Source of the DNA: Gammaproteobacteria bacterium
GTDB taxonomy: Bacteria; Pseudomonadota; Gammaproteobacteria; Eutrophobiales; Eutrophobiaceae
Length of the DNA: 64,000 nucleotides
Assembly (NCBI GenBank): GCA_965261165.1
Contig: OZ253445.1
Coordinates: 295,617 to 359,616 of the forward strand
Direction of reading: 5' to 3'
The position numbers were made by a program, and so were the translations under genes. Shown one piece after another: positions 20,674-30,392 of this stretch; position 1 is the first letter of the stretch, and each line of letters begins with the position of its first letter. The notes under the pieces are model-generated. The model saw nothing but the letters and a program-made list of their open reading frames with translations. It was not told the origin of the DNA and searched no databases.

Positions 20674-23106
20674 TCACGCCTTCCTCAAGCTGACATTTCC
20701 ATGCCATGCGCCTAATTTAACATGATTTGACTGGGCAGCGGGTATCAATACACAATCATCAGGAACACCTTCATTAATCATAACGGCAGAACTAATTGTA
20801 TTGCCTTCATGTTCTGCGGCAATGATTTCGCCAGCGACAACGCTTAAATGCTTCGCCAGAGTTGAATTAATTTGAATCAAACCCTTCCTATCATCCTCAC
20901 TTTGTAATGCCTGTGCCCTCCTGGTCATGACATCAATACTGCGCATTGGAATTTCTGTAATTCTTTGTAGTGTACCTTTATTCTCCGTATCAATGTTTGC
21001 TGTACCATTTTTTGGTGGCTTTGGCGCCGCCCAACTACCGGCACTGCTTAGAGCAGCATTGTCAATAATACTGGCAACTTCATCCCTGATTTCTGTCGAA
21101 CTGTTGTATTCAAATGTTTCAAGATTTAGCAGACCACCCAGAACGCGAAATACTTTCCATGCTGGCCGTGCCTCACCTACTGGTGGCACTGCGCCTGCGA
21201 AACTTTGTGATTGTCCTTCGCCATTAATATAGGTACCGGAAGTCTCTGCAAAGAGTGCAATAGGCAAGAGTACGTCTGCGTATTGCTTCATGGTTTCTGA
21301 TCTATATGCTGTGAACGAAACAACGAACTCAGCAGCCTGCATTGCTTGAAGTGCTTTATGCCCATCCCAACAATCAAGCTCTGGTTCAATCCCCAAGAGC
21401 AGGTAGGCTCTCAATGATTCTCCCAGCATATCACTGGTATTCAGGCCAGAATTGTTAGCGGACTTACCACTAAACTCGGAGCTATTAATCGCTTCACCGC
21501 CAACTCTTCGATGAGGTAATGCGCCTGCCAAATGTGCACCGCTTGTGTTTGCTGCTTCACTGAGAAAACCAAATCTTACATTGCCGAGTTTGGCAATAAT
21601 GAGCGCTAAATATTTCAATGTTGAATATCTATCATGCGCTGTTGCAAGATTGCCTAATAATACCGAACCACTTTCAGCATCAGATAATTTTCTGGCTATT
21701 GCCCGATGTGAATCATTGATGGTTACATTATCTACTAATGATTGAATATCATCATCAATGGTATTTTTACCCATTTCAACAAAGGCCTTAATAATCCCCG
21801 CCAATGCTATTGTTATTTCTGCGGGCGATGAAATTATTTTTTCAGGAATATCGTAATTAAAATTATAATCAACTGAATTGATCACCATCACATCTGCGCC
21901 TTTCAGTGAAGCTTTGCGCAAGCGATGATTGATCATAGGCTGTTCTTTTCTGACATTACTGCCAATCAGCAATACTGCATCAAGATCTTCAAGTGTTGCG
22001 ACGGATTGACCTAAGTAGGGAAAGACTGGGTCTGCTTCTTGCTGCTTGAAATCGTTTTGACGTAATCTGGAATCAATGTTGTTAGACCCAAGCTTGCGTA
22101 ATAATTTTTGAAATAAATAAAGTTCTTCGAGTGTCGATGCAGGCGAAGCTAAACCACCTAACTGACTACCTCCGTGACTTAATAAGATTTTATCCAGACC
22201 ATCACGCACAAACTTAAGTGCAGTTTCCCAGTCTGTTTCTTGCCAGACACTATTTTTCTTAATCATTGATGTCTGCAAACGATCTTCGTTATACATTCCC
22301 TCATAGCTAAATCGATCACGATCAGAAATCCAGACTTCATTGATGGCCTCATTTTCTGCCGGAACCACGCGCATAACGCGATCATCTTTGACATGAAGCT
22401 GCACATTCGAGCCCACAGAATCATGTGGCGCAATACTTTCACGCTGCACCATTTCCCAGGCACGCGCTGAGAACCTAAAAGGTTTTGAGGTCAATGCGCC
22501 GACAGGACAGACATCAATGATGTTGCCTGATAATTCAGATGACACGCTCTTTTCTATGTAGGTACCAATCTCCATGCGTTCGCCACGACCAGTAGCGCCC
22601 ATCTCGCGCAGGCCTGCAATTTCTTCACCAAAACGAATACAACGTGTGCAATGGATGCAGCGAGTCATATCCGTTTGTATCAGTGCCCCAATATTTTTGT
22701 CTTTGATAACTCGTTTACTTTCCTGATAACGCGAGACACCCTCACCATATCCAACGGCAAGATCTTGCAATTCGCATTCTCCTCCTTGATCGCATATCGG
22801 ACAATCTAGCGGGTGATTAATCAGCAGGAATTCCATCACGGATTTCTGTGCTTCAATAGCAAGATTTGAACGAGTCTTCACCTTCATGCCATCCATTACC
22901 GGTGTTGCACATGCCGGCAATGGTTTTGGCACCTTTTCAACTTCCACTAGACACATGCGACAGTTGGCCGCGATAGTTAATTTTTTGTGATAACAGAATC
23001 TGGGAATGTAAATATCGTTGGCATCGGTCACTTCAATAAGCATCTGGCTCTTCTTTGCCGTTAGGTTCTTGCCGTCTACTTCTATTGTAATTTTTTCTTC
23101 TGACAT
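20674..23106 (-). CDS. nuoG: NADH-quinone oxidoreductase subunit G
   Basis: 810 aa. N-terminal 2Fe-2S and 4Fe-4S cysteine clusters ([35 protein letters not shown]) plus a molybdopterin-like domain. Confidence 0.95.
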   Translation of the reverse strand: MSEEKITIEVDGKNLTAKKSQMLIEVTDANDIYIPRFCYHKKLTIAANCRMCLVEVEKVPKPLPACATPVMDGMKVKTRSNLAIEAQKSVMEFLLINHPLDCPICDQGGECELQDLAVGYGEGVSRYQESKRVIKDKNIGALIQTDMTRCIHCTRCIRFGEEIAGLREMGATGRGERMEIGTYIEKSVSSELSGNIIDVCPVGALTSKPFRFSARAWEMVQRESIAPHDSVGSNVQLHVKDDRVMRVVPAENEAINEVWISDRDRFSYEGMYNEDRLQTSMIKKNSVWQETDWETALKFVRDGLDKILLSHGGSQLGGLASPASTLEELYLFQKLLRKLGSNNIDSRLRQNDFKQQEADPVFPYLGQSVATLEDLDAVLLIGSNVRKEQPMINHRLRKASLKGADVMVINSVDYNFNYDIPEKIISSPAEITIALAGIIKAFVEMGKNTIDDDIQSLVDNVTINDSHRAIARKLSDAESGSVLLGNLATAHDRYSTLKYLALIIAKLGNVRFGFLSEAANTSGAHLAGALPHRRVGGEAINSSEFSGKSANNSGLNTSDMLGESLRAYLLLGIEPELDCWDGHKALQAMQAAEFVVSFTAYRSETMKQYADVLLPIALFAETSGTYINGEGQSQSFAGAVPPVGEARPAWKVFRVLGGLLNLETFEYNSSTEIRDEVASIIDNAALSSAGSWAAPKPPKNGTANIDTENKGTLQRITEIPMRSIDVMTRRAQALQSEDDRKGLIQINSTLAKHLSVVAGEIIAAEHEGNTISSAVMINEGVPDDCVLIPAAQSNHVKLGAWHGNVSLRKA

Positions 23107-23189
23107 CTTTTAAATAACCCAATTGTGAAATGTGAAGCGATCACATTTGCAAGAATTATATCTCTTAAACTTACCTCTTCATTTTTTAC

Positions 23190-24485
23190 TTACATATACA
23201 TATTGCCTGTTCCTGGCAGGCAAGTTTTGTGATCTATGTGATATTGAAATTCTTCACGGAATCTTTTGACAAAACTTTGTATCGGCCATGCTGCGGCATC
23301 GCCCAGGGCACAAATAGTTCTGCCTTCAATTTTGTTAGCAATATCAATTAATTTATCCAGATCTTCCTGTTCACCCTGCACATTCTCAATGCGTTTAATC
23401 ACGCGATACAACCAACCGGTTCCTTCACGACATGGCGTACATTGACCACAGGATTCTGCATAATAAAATCGCGAAATACGTTCAAGTACCTGCACCATAC
23501 AAGTAGTTTCATCCATGATGATGACGGCACCCGAGCCAAGATAAGTTCCGGCTTTTTGAATGGATTCATAATCCATATTCACTTCCATCATGTCTCCGCC
23601 ATGCATCACTGGCACGGAAGAACCTCCGGGAATGACAGCTTTAAGTTGATTGCCGTTACGCACGCCGCCAGCAAGTTTCAGTAAATCTGCAAAAGGGGTT
23701 CCTAAGGGCACTTCAAAATTACCTGGATTATTCACATGACCACTGACTGAAAAACATTTACTACCGCCACTATTAGGCACACCAAGTTTAGAAAACCAGC
23801 TGGCACCATTTTTTATTATGGATGGCACAGAGGCAAATGATTCGGTGTTGTTGATAGTGGTAGGCTTACCGTACAAGCCAAAGTTGGCTGGAAAAGGTGG
23901 TTTGAAACGTGGTTGACCTTTTTTGCCTTCCAAAGATTCGAGTAATGCAGTTTCTTCACCACAAATATAAGCGCCTGCACCCAAAGTCCCGTAGATATTC
24001 ACTTCCACCTCGGAACCCATGATATTCTTACCTAGATAGCCTTGCTCATAGGCTTCTTTTAATGCTTGTTCGAAACGTTGGTAAGGCTCATCCATGAATT
24101 CACCACGCATATAGTTATATGCCACTTTGGTGTCCATGGCATAACAGGCGATGGCTAAACCTTCAATCAGTGAATGGGGGTTGAAACGTAAAATATCACG
24201 ATCCTTACAAGTTCCCGGTTCGCTTTCATCCGAGTTGCATACCACGTATTTTTGACCGTTAGTATTTTGCGGCATGAAACTCCATTTCAATCCGGTTGGA
24301 AAACCAGCACCGCCACGACCACGCAAACCGGACTCTTTTACAATTTCAATAACGTCTGTCGGCGCAATCTTTTCATTAATGATCTTTGACCATGCTTCAT
24401 AACCGCCAATTCTCCAATAGTTTTCAAGCATCCATGGCTCATTAAATTGGCGTGTTGCGTAGCAAACCTGGTCCATATTCTTCAT
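23190..24485 (-). CDS. nuoF: NADH-quinone oxidoreductase subunit F
   Basis: [13 protein letters not shown] (FMN/NADH site). [12 protein letters not shown] (N3 cluster). Confidence 0.95.
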   Translation of the reverse strand: MKNMDQVCYATRQFNEPWMLENYWRIGGYEAWSKIINEKIAPTDVIEIVKESGLRGRGGAGFPTGLKWSFMPQNTNGQKYVVCNSDESEPGTCKDRDILRFNPHSLIEGLAIACYAMDTKVAYNYMRGEFMDEPYQRFEQALKEAYEQGYLGKNIMGSEVEVNIYGTLGAGAYICGEETALLESLEGKKGQPRFKPPFPANFGLYGKPTTINNTESFASVPSIIKNGASWFSKLGVPNSGGSKCFSVSGHVNNPGNFEVPLGTPFADLLKLAGGVRNGNQLKAVIPGGSSVPVMHGGDMMEVNMDYESIQKAGTYLGSGAVIIMDETTCMVQVLERISRFYYAESCGQCTPCREGTGWLYRVIKRIENVQGEQEDLDKLIDIANKIEGRTICALGDAAAWPIQSFVKRFREEFQYHIDHKTCLPGTGNMYM

Positions 24486-24492
24486 GCGTCGC

Positions 24493-24990
24493 TTACTCCA
24501 ATTTATCCAGAATTTTATCGACCTTTTCAGGGGTCAAATTTTCATGATAAACATGATCAACCATCATCATCGGTGCGCCACAACAAGCGGCTAGACATTC
24601 CTCTTCCTGCTTAATGTAATAACGACCATCTGCAGTTGATTCACCTTCCTTGATACCGAGTTTATTTTCAATGTATTGCATAATCTTGCCAGAACCACTC
24701 AACATGCATGAGATATTGGTGCACACAGAAATACTATGTCGACCACATTTTTCTGTTTCTAGCATGGAATAAAAGGAGCCGATTTCGTAAACAGCAATAG
24801 ATGGCATATTCAGATATTCTGCAATAGCATCCATTAACTCAGCAGTTAAGTATCCTTTATTCTCATGTTGCACCTCACGACATGCTGCCAATACTGCTGA
24901 CTGTTTTTGATCCGCAGGATATTTTGCTATCCAGCGATCAATTTCTGATCGGACATGTTTGGATATTTTTTTATTATCTACCTTATTCAT
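24493..24990 (-). CDS. nuoE: NADH-quinone oxidoreductase subunit E
   Basis: 165 aa. 2Fe-2S cysteines ([16 protein letters not shown]). Confidence 0.92.
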   Translation of the reverse strand: MNKVDNKKISKHVRSEIDRWIAKYPADQKQSAVLAACREVQHENKGYLTAELMDAIAEYLNMPSIAVYEIGSFYSMLETEKCGRHSISVCTNISCMLSGSGKIMQYIENKLGIKEGESTADGRYYIKQEEECLAACCGAPMMMVDHVYHENLTPEKVDKILDKLE

Positions 24991-25093
24991 TTTAAATAAC
25001 TTATGTAATCTTTTACGATATTCGTGAAAAATTAAGTGTGAAAGGTAAAAAGATTTTTTGAATTTTACTCCTCACCTTTAATATTTCACATTT

Positions 25094-26347
25094 TCATCTA
25101 TCAATCTCTCCGAATACAATATCCTGCGAACCAATCACCGTCACCACATCAGATAACATATGACCTCTGACCATTTCATCCATGGCGGACAAATGTGCAA
25201 AGCCCGGCGCACGAATCTTCACTCGGTAGGGTTTATTCGCTCCATCAGAAATCAAATAAATACCGAACTCTCCTTTTGGGTGCTCTACCGCCGAGTACGT
25301 TTCACCTTCAGGAACACAATAACCTTCAGTAAATAATTTAAAGTGATGAATAAGAGATTCCATATCACCTTTCATATCTTCACGTTTCGGAGGAACTAAT
25401 TTATGATCATCCAGAATCACTGGACCTGCATTTTGTTTTAACCAGTCTACACATTGCTTGACAATCCGATTCGATTGGCGCATTTCTTCAACTCGAACCA
25501 GATAACGGTCATAACAATCGCCATTGGTGCCCACAGGAATATCAAAATCAAGCTGAGCATAAACATCGTAGGTTTGTTTTTTACGGAGATCCCATTCAAC
25601 ACCTGAACCTCTCAACATCGGACCAGTAAAACCCAGTTGCAATGCGCGTTCTGCTGAAACAATACCAACGTCAACAGTACGTTGTTTCCAGATCCTGTTA
25701 TCCGTTAATAGTGTTTCATATTCATTGATACAGCCTGGAAATTTTTCTGTGAATCTCTCGATAAAATCGAGCAGCGAACCCTGTCGATCCTGATTCATAT
25801 TTTCAACTTCTTTTTCGCTATGCCATTTTGATGCTCTATATTGAGGCATGTCTTCAGGCAGATCCCTGTAGACACCGCCAGGGCGAAAATAAGTTGCGTG
25901 CATGCGTGTGCCAGAGACCGCTTCATAACAGTCCATCAGGTCTTCACGTTCACGAAAACAATACAGGAACATGGTCATGGCACCGACATCCAGCGCATGT
26001 GTGCCTAACCACATAAGATGATTCAGCACACGGGTAATTTCGGCATACATTACACGGATATATTGCGCACGAATCGGCGGGATAATGTCCATGAGCGTTT
26101 CAATCGCCATCACATAAGCGTGTTCATTACACATCATGGAAACGTAATCAAGTCTGTCCATGTAACCAATACTCTGATTATATGGTTTATATTCTGCTAA
26201 TTTTTCCGTACCTCTATGTAACAAACCAATATGTGGATCAGCCCTTTCAATCACTTCGCCATCCATCTCCAACACTAGACGTAATACACCATGTGCCGCA
26301 GGATGTTGCGGTCCAAAATTCATTGTCATGTTTCGGATCTCAGGCAC
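25094..26347 (-). CDS. nuoD: NADH-quinone oxidoreductase subunit D
   Basis: 417 aa. [15 protein letters not shown] signature. Confidence 0.95.
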   Translation of the reverse strand: MPEIRNMTMNFGPQHPAAHGVLRLVLEMDGEVIERADPHIGLLHRGTEKLAEYKPYNQSIGYMDRLDYVSMMCNEHAYVMAIETLMDIIPPIRAQYIRVMYAEITRVLNHLMWLGTHALDVGAMTMFLYCFREREDLMDCYEAVSGTRMHATYFRPGGVYRDLPEDMPQYRASKWHSEKEVENMNQDRQGSLLDFIERFTEKFPGCINEYETLLTDNRIWKQRTVDVGIVSAERALQLGFTGPMLRGSGVEWDLRKKQTYDVYAQLDFDIPVGTNGDCYDRYLVRVEEMRQSNRIVKQCVDWLKQNAGPVILDDHKLVPPKREDMKGDMESLIHHFKLFTEGYCVPEGETYSAVEHPKGEFGIYLISDGANKPYRVKIRAPGFAHLSAMDEMVRGHMLSDVVTVIGSQDIVFGEIDR

Positions 26348-26438
26348 GCCTATGTTTTTCCTGTATTTTAATCATATAGAAACTCAAAATTTCCCGTTTC
26401 TGCTGTAGGCAGTAGGCGACATGTGCCTTCCCTATCAT

Positions 26439-27107
26439 TCACCCTTCTTCATGACGATTATCGTGGCGAATAACTCTTGGAACCAGAACACGATTGGTGA
26501 TAGTGACGGGTTGATAAATCACACGTTTTTGTTCAGGGTCGTAACGCACCTCGACATTACCTTCCAATGGAAAATCTTTTCTAAATGGATGTCCGACAAA
26601 ACCATAATCTGTCAGGATTCTTCTTAGATCTGGATGTCCTTCGAAGAGAATACCGAATAGATCAAATGCTTCACGTTCATACCAGTTTGCTGATGACCAG
26701 AGTTTTACCACAGACTCAATCTTGGCGGGTGTTTCATCAATCATGCAACGAACGCGGACTCTGTGGTTATATTTAATCGATAACAGATGATAGACCACAG
26801 CGAAACGTGGCTTTACTTCTGCTTGATCATCGAAAACCCCTTTGCTAACGCCACGGCTAAATCCGGTATTGGTAGTACTTTTCGTTTCCCAATCTGCCTT
26901 GCCAAAAGCTGAGTAATCAACACCACAAAGATCAATTAATTGCTCAAAGGAAAATTCTTCTTCGTTTTTAAGCGACTGGCAAACATCAAGCAAATGAGCT
27001 GGCGTTAATTCGATGACAGCCTGACCAAAAGCAACCTGAGCATCGAGCAGCGTTTCACCGAAATATTGCCTCAAGGAATTCACTAATATTTCAACAGAAT
27101 TTGCCAT
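26439..27107 (-). CDS. nuoC: NADH-quinone oxidoreductase subunit C
   Basis: 222 aa 30-kDa subunit (ANWYEREAFDLFGI). Confidence 0.92.
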   Translation of the reverse strand: MANSVEILVNSLRQYFGETLLDAQVAFGQAVIELTPAHLLDVCQSLKNEEEFSFEQLIDLCGVDYSAFGKADWETKSTTNTGFSRGVSKGVFDDQAEVKPRFAVVYHLLSIKYNHRVRVRCMIDETPAKIESVVKLWSSANWYEREAFDLFGILFEGHPDLRRILTDYGFVGHPFRKDFPLEGNVEVRYDPEQKRVIYQPVTITNRVLVPRVIRHDNRHEEG

Positions 27108-27139
27108 ATTTTTGCTGTTTTTATTTATGACTGTTTAAA

Positions 27140-27658
27140 CTAACGCGCAATCGTGTTAGTTCGTTTGATTTTATTTTGTAGTTGCATAATCCCAAATAAC
27201 AGTGCTTCTGCAGTGGGCGGACAACCTGGCACATAAACATCGACAGGAACAATACGATCACAACCTCTGACCACCGCATAGGAATAATGATAATAACCAC
27301 CTCCATTCGCACATGAGCCCATGGAAATTACCCAGCGTGGCTCCGCCATCTGATCGTAAACTTTTCGTAACGCGGGTGCCATTTTATTAACCAGCGTACC
27401 AGCAACTATCATGACATCGGATTGACGAGGACTGGGTCTGAAAATGACACCAAAACGATCCATGTCATAGCGTGAAGCGCCTGCCTGCATCATCTCTACA
27501 GCACAGCAAGCCAGGCCAAAAGTCATTGGCCACATGGATCCTGTTCTGGCCCAATTCACAACATTATCCACCGTTGTCGTGACAATTCCTTTCTCATGGA
27601 CTGTACCTTCCATGACTTGCTTCGTATCCAGTACTCCAGTTTGCTGTGCTATTCCCAT
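27140..27658 (-). CDS. nuoB: NADH-quinone oxidoreductase subunit B
   Basis: N2-cluster cysteines ([22 protein letters not shown]). Confidence 0.95.
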   Translation of the reverse strand: MGIAQQTGVLDTKQVMEGTVHEKGIVTTTVDNVVNWARTGSMWPMTFGLACCAVEMMQAGASRYDMDRFGVIFRPSPRQSDVMIVAGTLVNKMAPALRKVYDQMAEPRWVISMGSCANGGGYYHYSYAVVRGCDRIVPVDVYVPGCPPTAEALLFGIMQLQNKIKRTNTIAR

Positions 27659-28017
27659 TCAAGAGCTCCTTTACGCCACTCATAAATAAAACCAATCACA
27701 AGTACACCAAGAAAAATCATCATCGCCCAAAAACTTGCCATGCCTATTTCGCCGAGAGCAACAGCCCATGGAAACAGAAATGCGATTTCGAGATCAAAAA
27801 TAATAAATAGAATGGCAACAAGATAATAACGAACGTCAAATCTGATACGGGCATTTTCGAATGCTTCAAAACCACACTCGTAAGAAGATTGTTTTGCGCT
27901 ATCTGGACGGGCATGCCCCATAAATTTACCTAGACCAAACCCGATAAGGATCATCAAGGTGCCCATCACCAGACCGATGACAATGAATACAAGAATGGGA
28001 AAATAATTTTCCAACAT
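27649..28017 (-). CDS. nuoA: NADH-quinone oxidoreductase subunit A
   Basis: 122 aa, 3 TM helices ([16 protein letters not shown]). First gene of the operon. Confidence 0.92.
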   Translation of the reverse strand: MLENYFPILVFIVIGLVMGTLMILIGFGLGKFMGHARPDSAKQSSYECGFEAFENARIRFDVRYYLVAILFIIFDLEIAFLFPWAVALGEIGMASFWAMMIFLGVLVIGFIYEWRKGALEWE

Positions 28018-28394
28018 CTTAGTGCTCTACGCCCTTTTCAATCCAAATAATTGAAGAAAACAACATGCGAATAAGTGATAACCTTCTAGCTTTGTCTATA
28101 CCAGTTAGACTATGCCGATAGTATACAATCTTGCAACGCAACGAGCACTGAAATAGTGATTTTTTTATGAAAAACCTGTTTATTTGAGATGCATAAAGTA
28201 AATTGGGTAACAGAACAGTGGCATAGACTTGCAGTATGGACTCCCTGATCGCCACATCATGGTTCAGGCTACTGCCTCTAGCCAAGTAGGTAACACCAAG
28301 CCCAGAATAGACCTAGTGATAATAAACTGGCACTCCTTCAAATTACACTCGATCATCCATGACCATTTGAAACATGGCTATTTAAAAATACTGC

Positions 28395-28667
28395 TTAGGA
28401 CTCACAGGCCTTTAACGCCCTGTGGGCACGACTACCCCTGTCGATAGTTGCTCCAGTTTCTGAATTATCGATCAAAATCGTAGCGTCGTCGTCGTCGGTG
28501 TATTTATGAGCATCCTCCCAACTTTTCGTATCTGCATAAAATTTCAATGCAGTTCGCAAGATCTCATTCTTTGCTTCAAGCTCTTTAACCTTTACCTTAA
28601 GTTCAGCAGTATTGTCAGCATCTTTATTTACCGAAAATAGCGAAAATATTTTTTTACCAAAAATCAC
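28395..28667 (-). CDS. hypothetical small protein (predicted coiled-coil, acidic DDDD patch)
   Basis: 90-aa ORF with a GTG start 8 nt after AGGAG. A sigma70-like promoter lies upstream. No recognisable family. Confidence 0.45.
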   Translation of the reverse strand: MIFGKKIFSLFSVNKDADNTAELKVKVKELEAKNEILRTALKFYADTKSWEDAHKYTDDDDATILIDNSETGATIDRGSRAHRALKACES

Positions 28668-28705
28668 CAGCTAATCTCCTAGATTTCATTGTTACCATCC
28701 CCCTG

Positions 28706-28733
28706 ATACTACCACCTTTCATTCAGTTTTCAA
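28706..28733 (-). promoter_or_regulatory. candidate sigma70 promoter TTGAAA-N16-TAGTAT for the small ORF
   Basis: Read on the minus strand: TTGAAA (28733..28728), 16-nt spacer, TAGTAT (28711..28706), about 40 nt upstream of the GTG at 28667. Confidence 0.35.
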
Positions 28734-28856
28734 CTCTAACTATACCAAGATATACAGTCGCACCTTTGCGGATCTTGCTCCAAGCAATTAAGACATATCA
28801 TTCACAAGCGGTCGGCAGAAACTACTAATGCCTTACATGTAATTTCTATAAACATT

Positions 28857-28941
28857 TGGTGCCGATGCCCGGAGTCGAACCGGGATGCCCTAAAGCACTA
28901 CCCCCTCAAGATAGCGTGTCTACCAATTCCACCACATCGGC
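28857..28941 (-). tRNA. tRNA-Leu (anticodon GAG), 85 nt with long variable arm and encoded CCA
   Basis: The reverse complement reads GCCGATGTGGTGGAATTGGTAGACACGCTATCTTGAGGGGGTAGTGCTTTAGGGCATCCCGGTTCGACTCCGGGCATCGGCACCA. Anticodon stem CTATC/GGTAG with loop TTGAGGG. GGTTCGACTCC T-loop. Confidence 0.9.
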
Positions 28942-28977
28942 AAGTTTGATTGAACCCAGCGAAATTAGATTGAGGTT

Positions 28978-29340
28978 CTATTTTACAGGAATCGAAGGTA
29001 TATCAGACTCGGTCACATCCATCGCTGGGACATCTGTTGCCATCATTTCTTCCACGGCCACAGGTTCACTTTCCATGATACTCGTTGACCCTCCACCAAC
29101 CTGCTGCGTTGCCAAATAGCCTAGCACCAAACTGTTGCTCAAAAATAAAAATGCGAGAAAGGTTGTTGCCTTGGTCAGAAAATTACCTGAGCCCTGACTA
29201 CCAAATACCGTTGAAGAAGCGCCGCTACCAAAAGCTGCGCCCGCATCAGCACCTTTACCATGCTGAATAAGAATAAAGCCTATCAAACTAACCGCAATAA
29301 CAACCTGAAAAACAAGTAAAATTAAATGTAATGATTCCAT
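28978..29340 (-). CDS. secG: preprotein translocase subunit SecG; start trimmed to MESLHLIL
   Basis: LIGFILIQHGKGADAGAAFGSGASSTVFGS signature. The trimmed start avoids overlap with tpiA. Confidence 0.88.
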   Translation of the reverse strand: MESLHLILLVFQVVIAVSLIGFILIQHGKGADAGAAFGSGASSTVFGSQGSGNFLTKATTFLAFLFLSNSLVLGYLATQQVGGGSTSIMESEPVAVEEMMATDVPAMDVTESDIPSIPVK

Positions 29341-29344
29341 GAAC

Positions 29345-30109
29345 TTAACTACCTCTTGCTGCATGACAAATGCTGAGGAATTCATCGGCATCCAGAGATG
29401 CCCCTCCGATCAGACCACCATCAACATCAGTCATGTTAAAAATTTCATTTGCGTTGGCAGCTTTGACACTACCCCCATAAAGTATTCTGATTTTATCTGC
29501 CACTGCATCACCATGGCTGGCTAATAATAATCTCACAAATGCGTGCACTTCCTGCGCCTGTTTAGGTGTTGCCGTCTTCCCTGCCCCAATTGCCCATACT
29601 GGTTCATAGGCAATTACAGCATTATTAAACGCCGATATTCCAGCCAGTTCGATGACAGTATCTAGCTGTCTTTGAATCACTGCTTCCGTGTCTCCTGATT
29701 CCCTTTCTGCTAATTGCTCACCGACACAAAGTATCGGTATCAATGCCACATCCTGTGCCCGCAAAAATTTCGCTGCAACCAAACCATCTGTCTCGCCATA
29801 GAGCACTCTACGTTCCGAGTGCCCTACAATGGCATACTGACACGAAAAATCTTTCAGCATATCTGCTGAAATCTCGCCAGTGAATGCGCCAGATTCAAGA
29901 TGCGACAAATTCTGCGCACCTAAATTTATCTCCGATTTGTTCAATTTCTCTGCTAATTCTGCCAAATAGACATAGGGCGGACAGACAGCTACCTCAGCAG
30001 CACAACCTGCTTCCAGGCCATTGCATATACCTTCCAACAAAGAACGGATACTGGCTAGCGATCCATTCATTTTCCAGTTTGCTACTACTAATGGCTTGCG
30101 TCGTGTCAT
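29345..30109 (-). CDS. tpiA: triosephosphate isomerase
   Basis: VANWKMNG, GHSERR, AYEPVWAIGAGKTATP, ILYGGSV motifs. Confidence 0.95.
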   Translation of the reverse strand: MTRRKPLVVANWKMNGSLASIRSLLEGICNGLEAGCAAEVAVCPPYVYLAELAEKLNKSEINLGAQNLSHLESGAFTGEISADMLKDFSCQYAIVGHSERRVLYGETDGLVAAKFLRAQDVALIPILCVGEQLAERESGDTEAVIQRQLDTVIELAGISAFNNAVIAYEPVWAIGAGKTATPKQAQEVHAFVRLLLASHGDAVADKIRILYGGSVKAANANEIFNMTDVDGGLIGGASLDADEFLSICHAARGS

Positions 30110-30392
30110 TTCTATGGTAAGTCCGCGCCAGAAAAGGCGGGAATCTTAATATATTTCACAGTCTGAGTATACTCTGACAAGAAGCCCCAATCCCCAGATA
30201 GAAATCCCTGAAACGTAGCAAGCCTTGGCTGTATGCTAGTTAACAACAAGGGGTTAGGCAACAGGGGTTAGCACCATCACCCTGCATCACCCAATGGGCG
30301 CACAACTCAAGGCTTATGACTATGGTATCTTACAAACTCGATAGAACCAACGATTGACTTATACCCCTAATCATTAAATTAATTAATGTTTG

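Noticed and set aside
23128-23148. CRP-like site TGTGA-N-TCACA between nuoF and nuoG.
   Set aside because: The spacer is 5 nt rather than the 6 nt of the CRP consensus, and the site is inside an operon. It is kept only as a possible RNA hairpin.
28019-28285. 88-aa minus-strand ORF immediately upstream of nuoA.
   Set aside because: It lies in the expected nuo promoter/5'-UTR region. It has no RBS, an odd composition and no family resemblance.
28857-28941. tRNA-Leu as the integration site of the CRISPR/glc island.
   Set aside because: The island starts about 1.4 kb away, beyond secG and tpiA. No tRNA 3'-end direct repeat was seen at the island borders.
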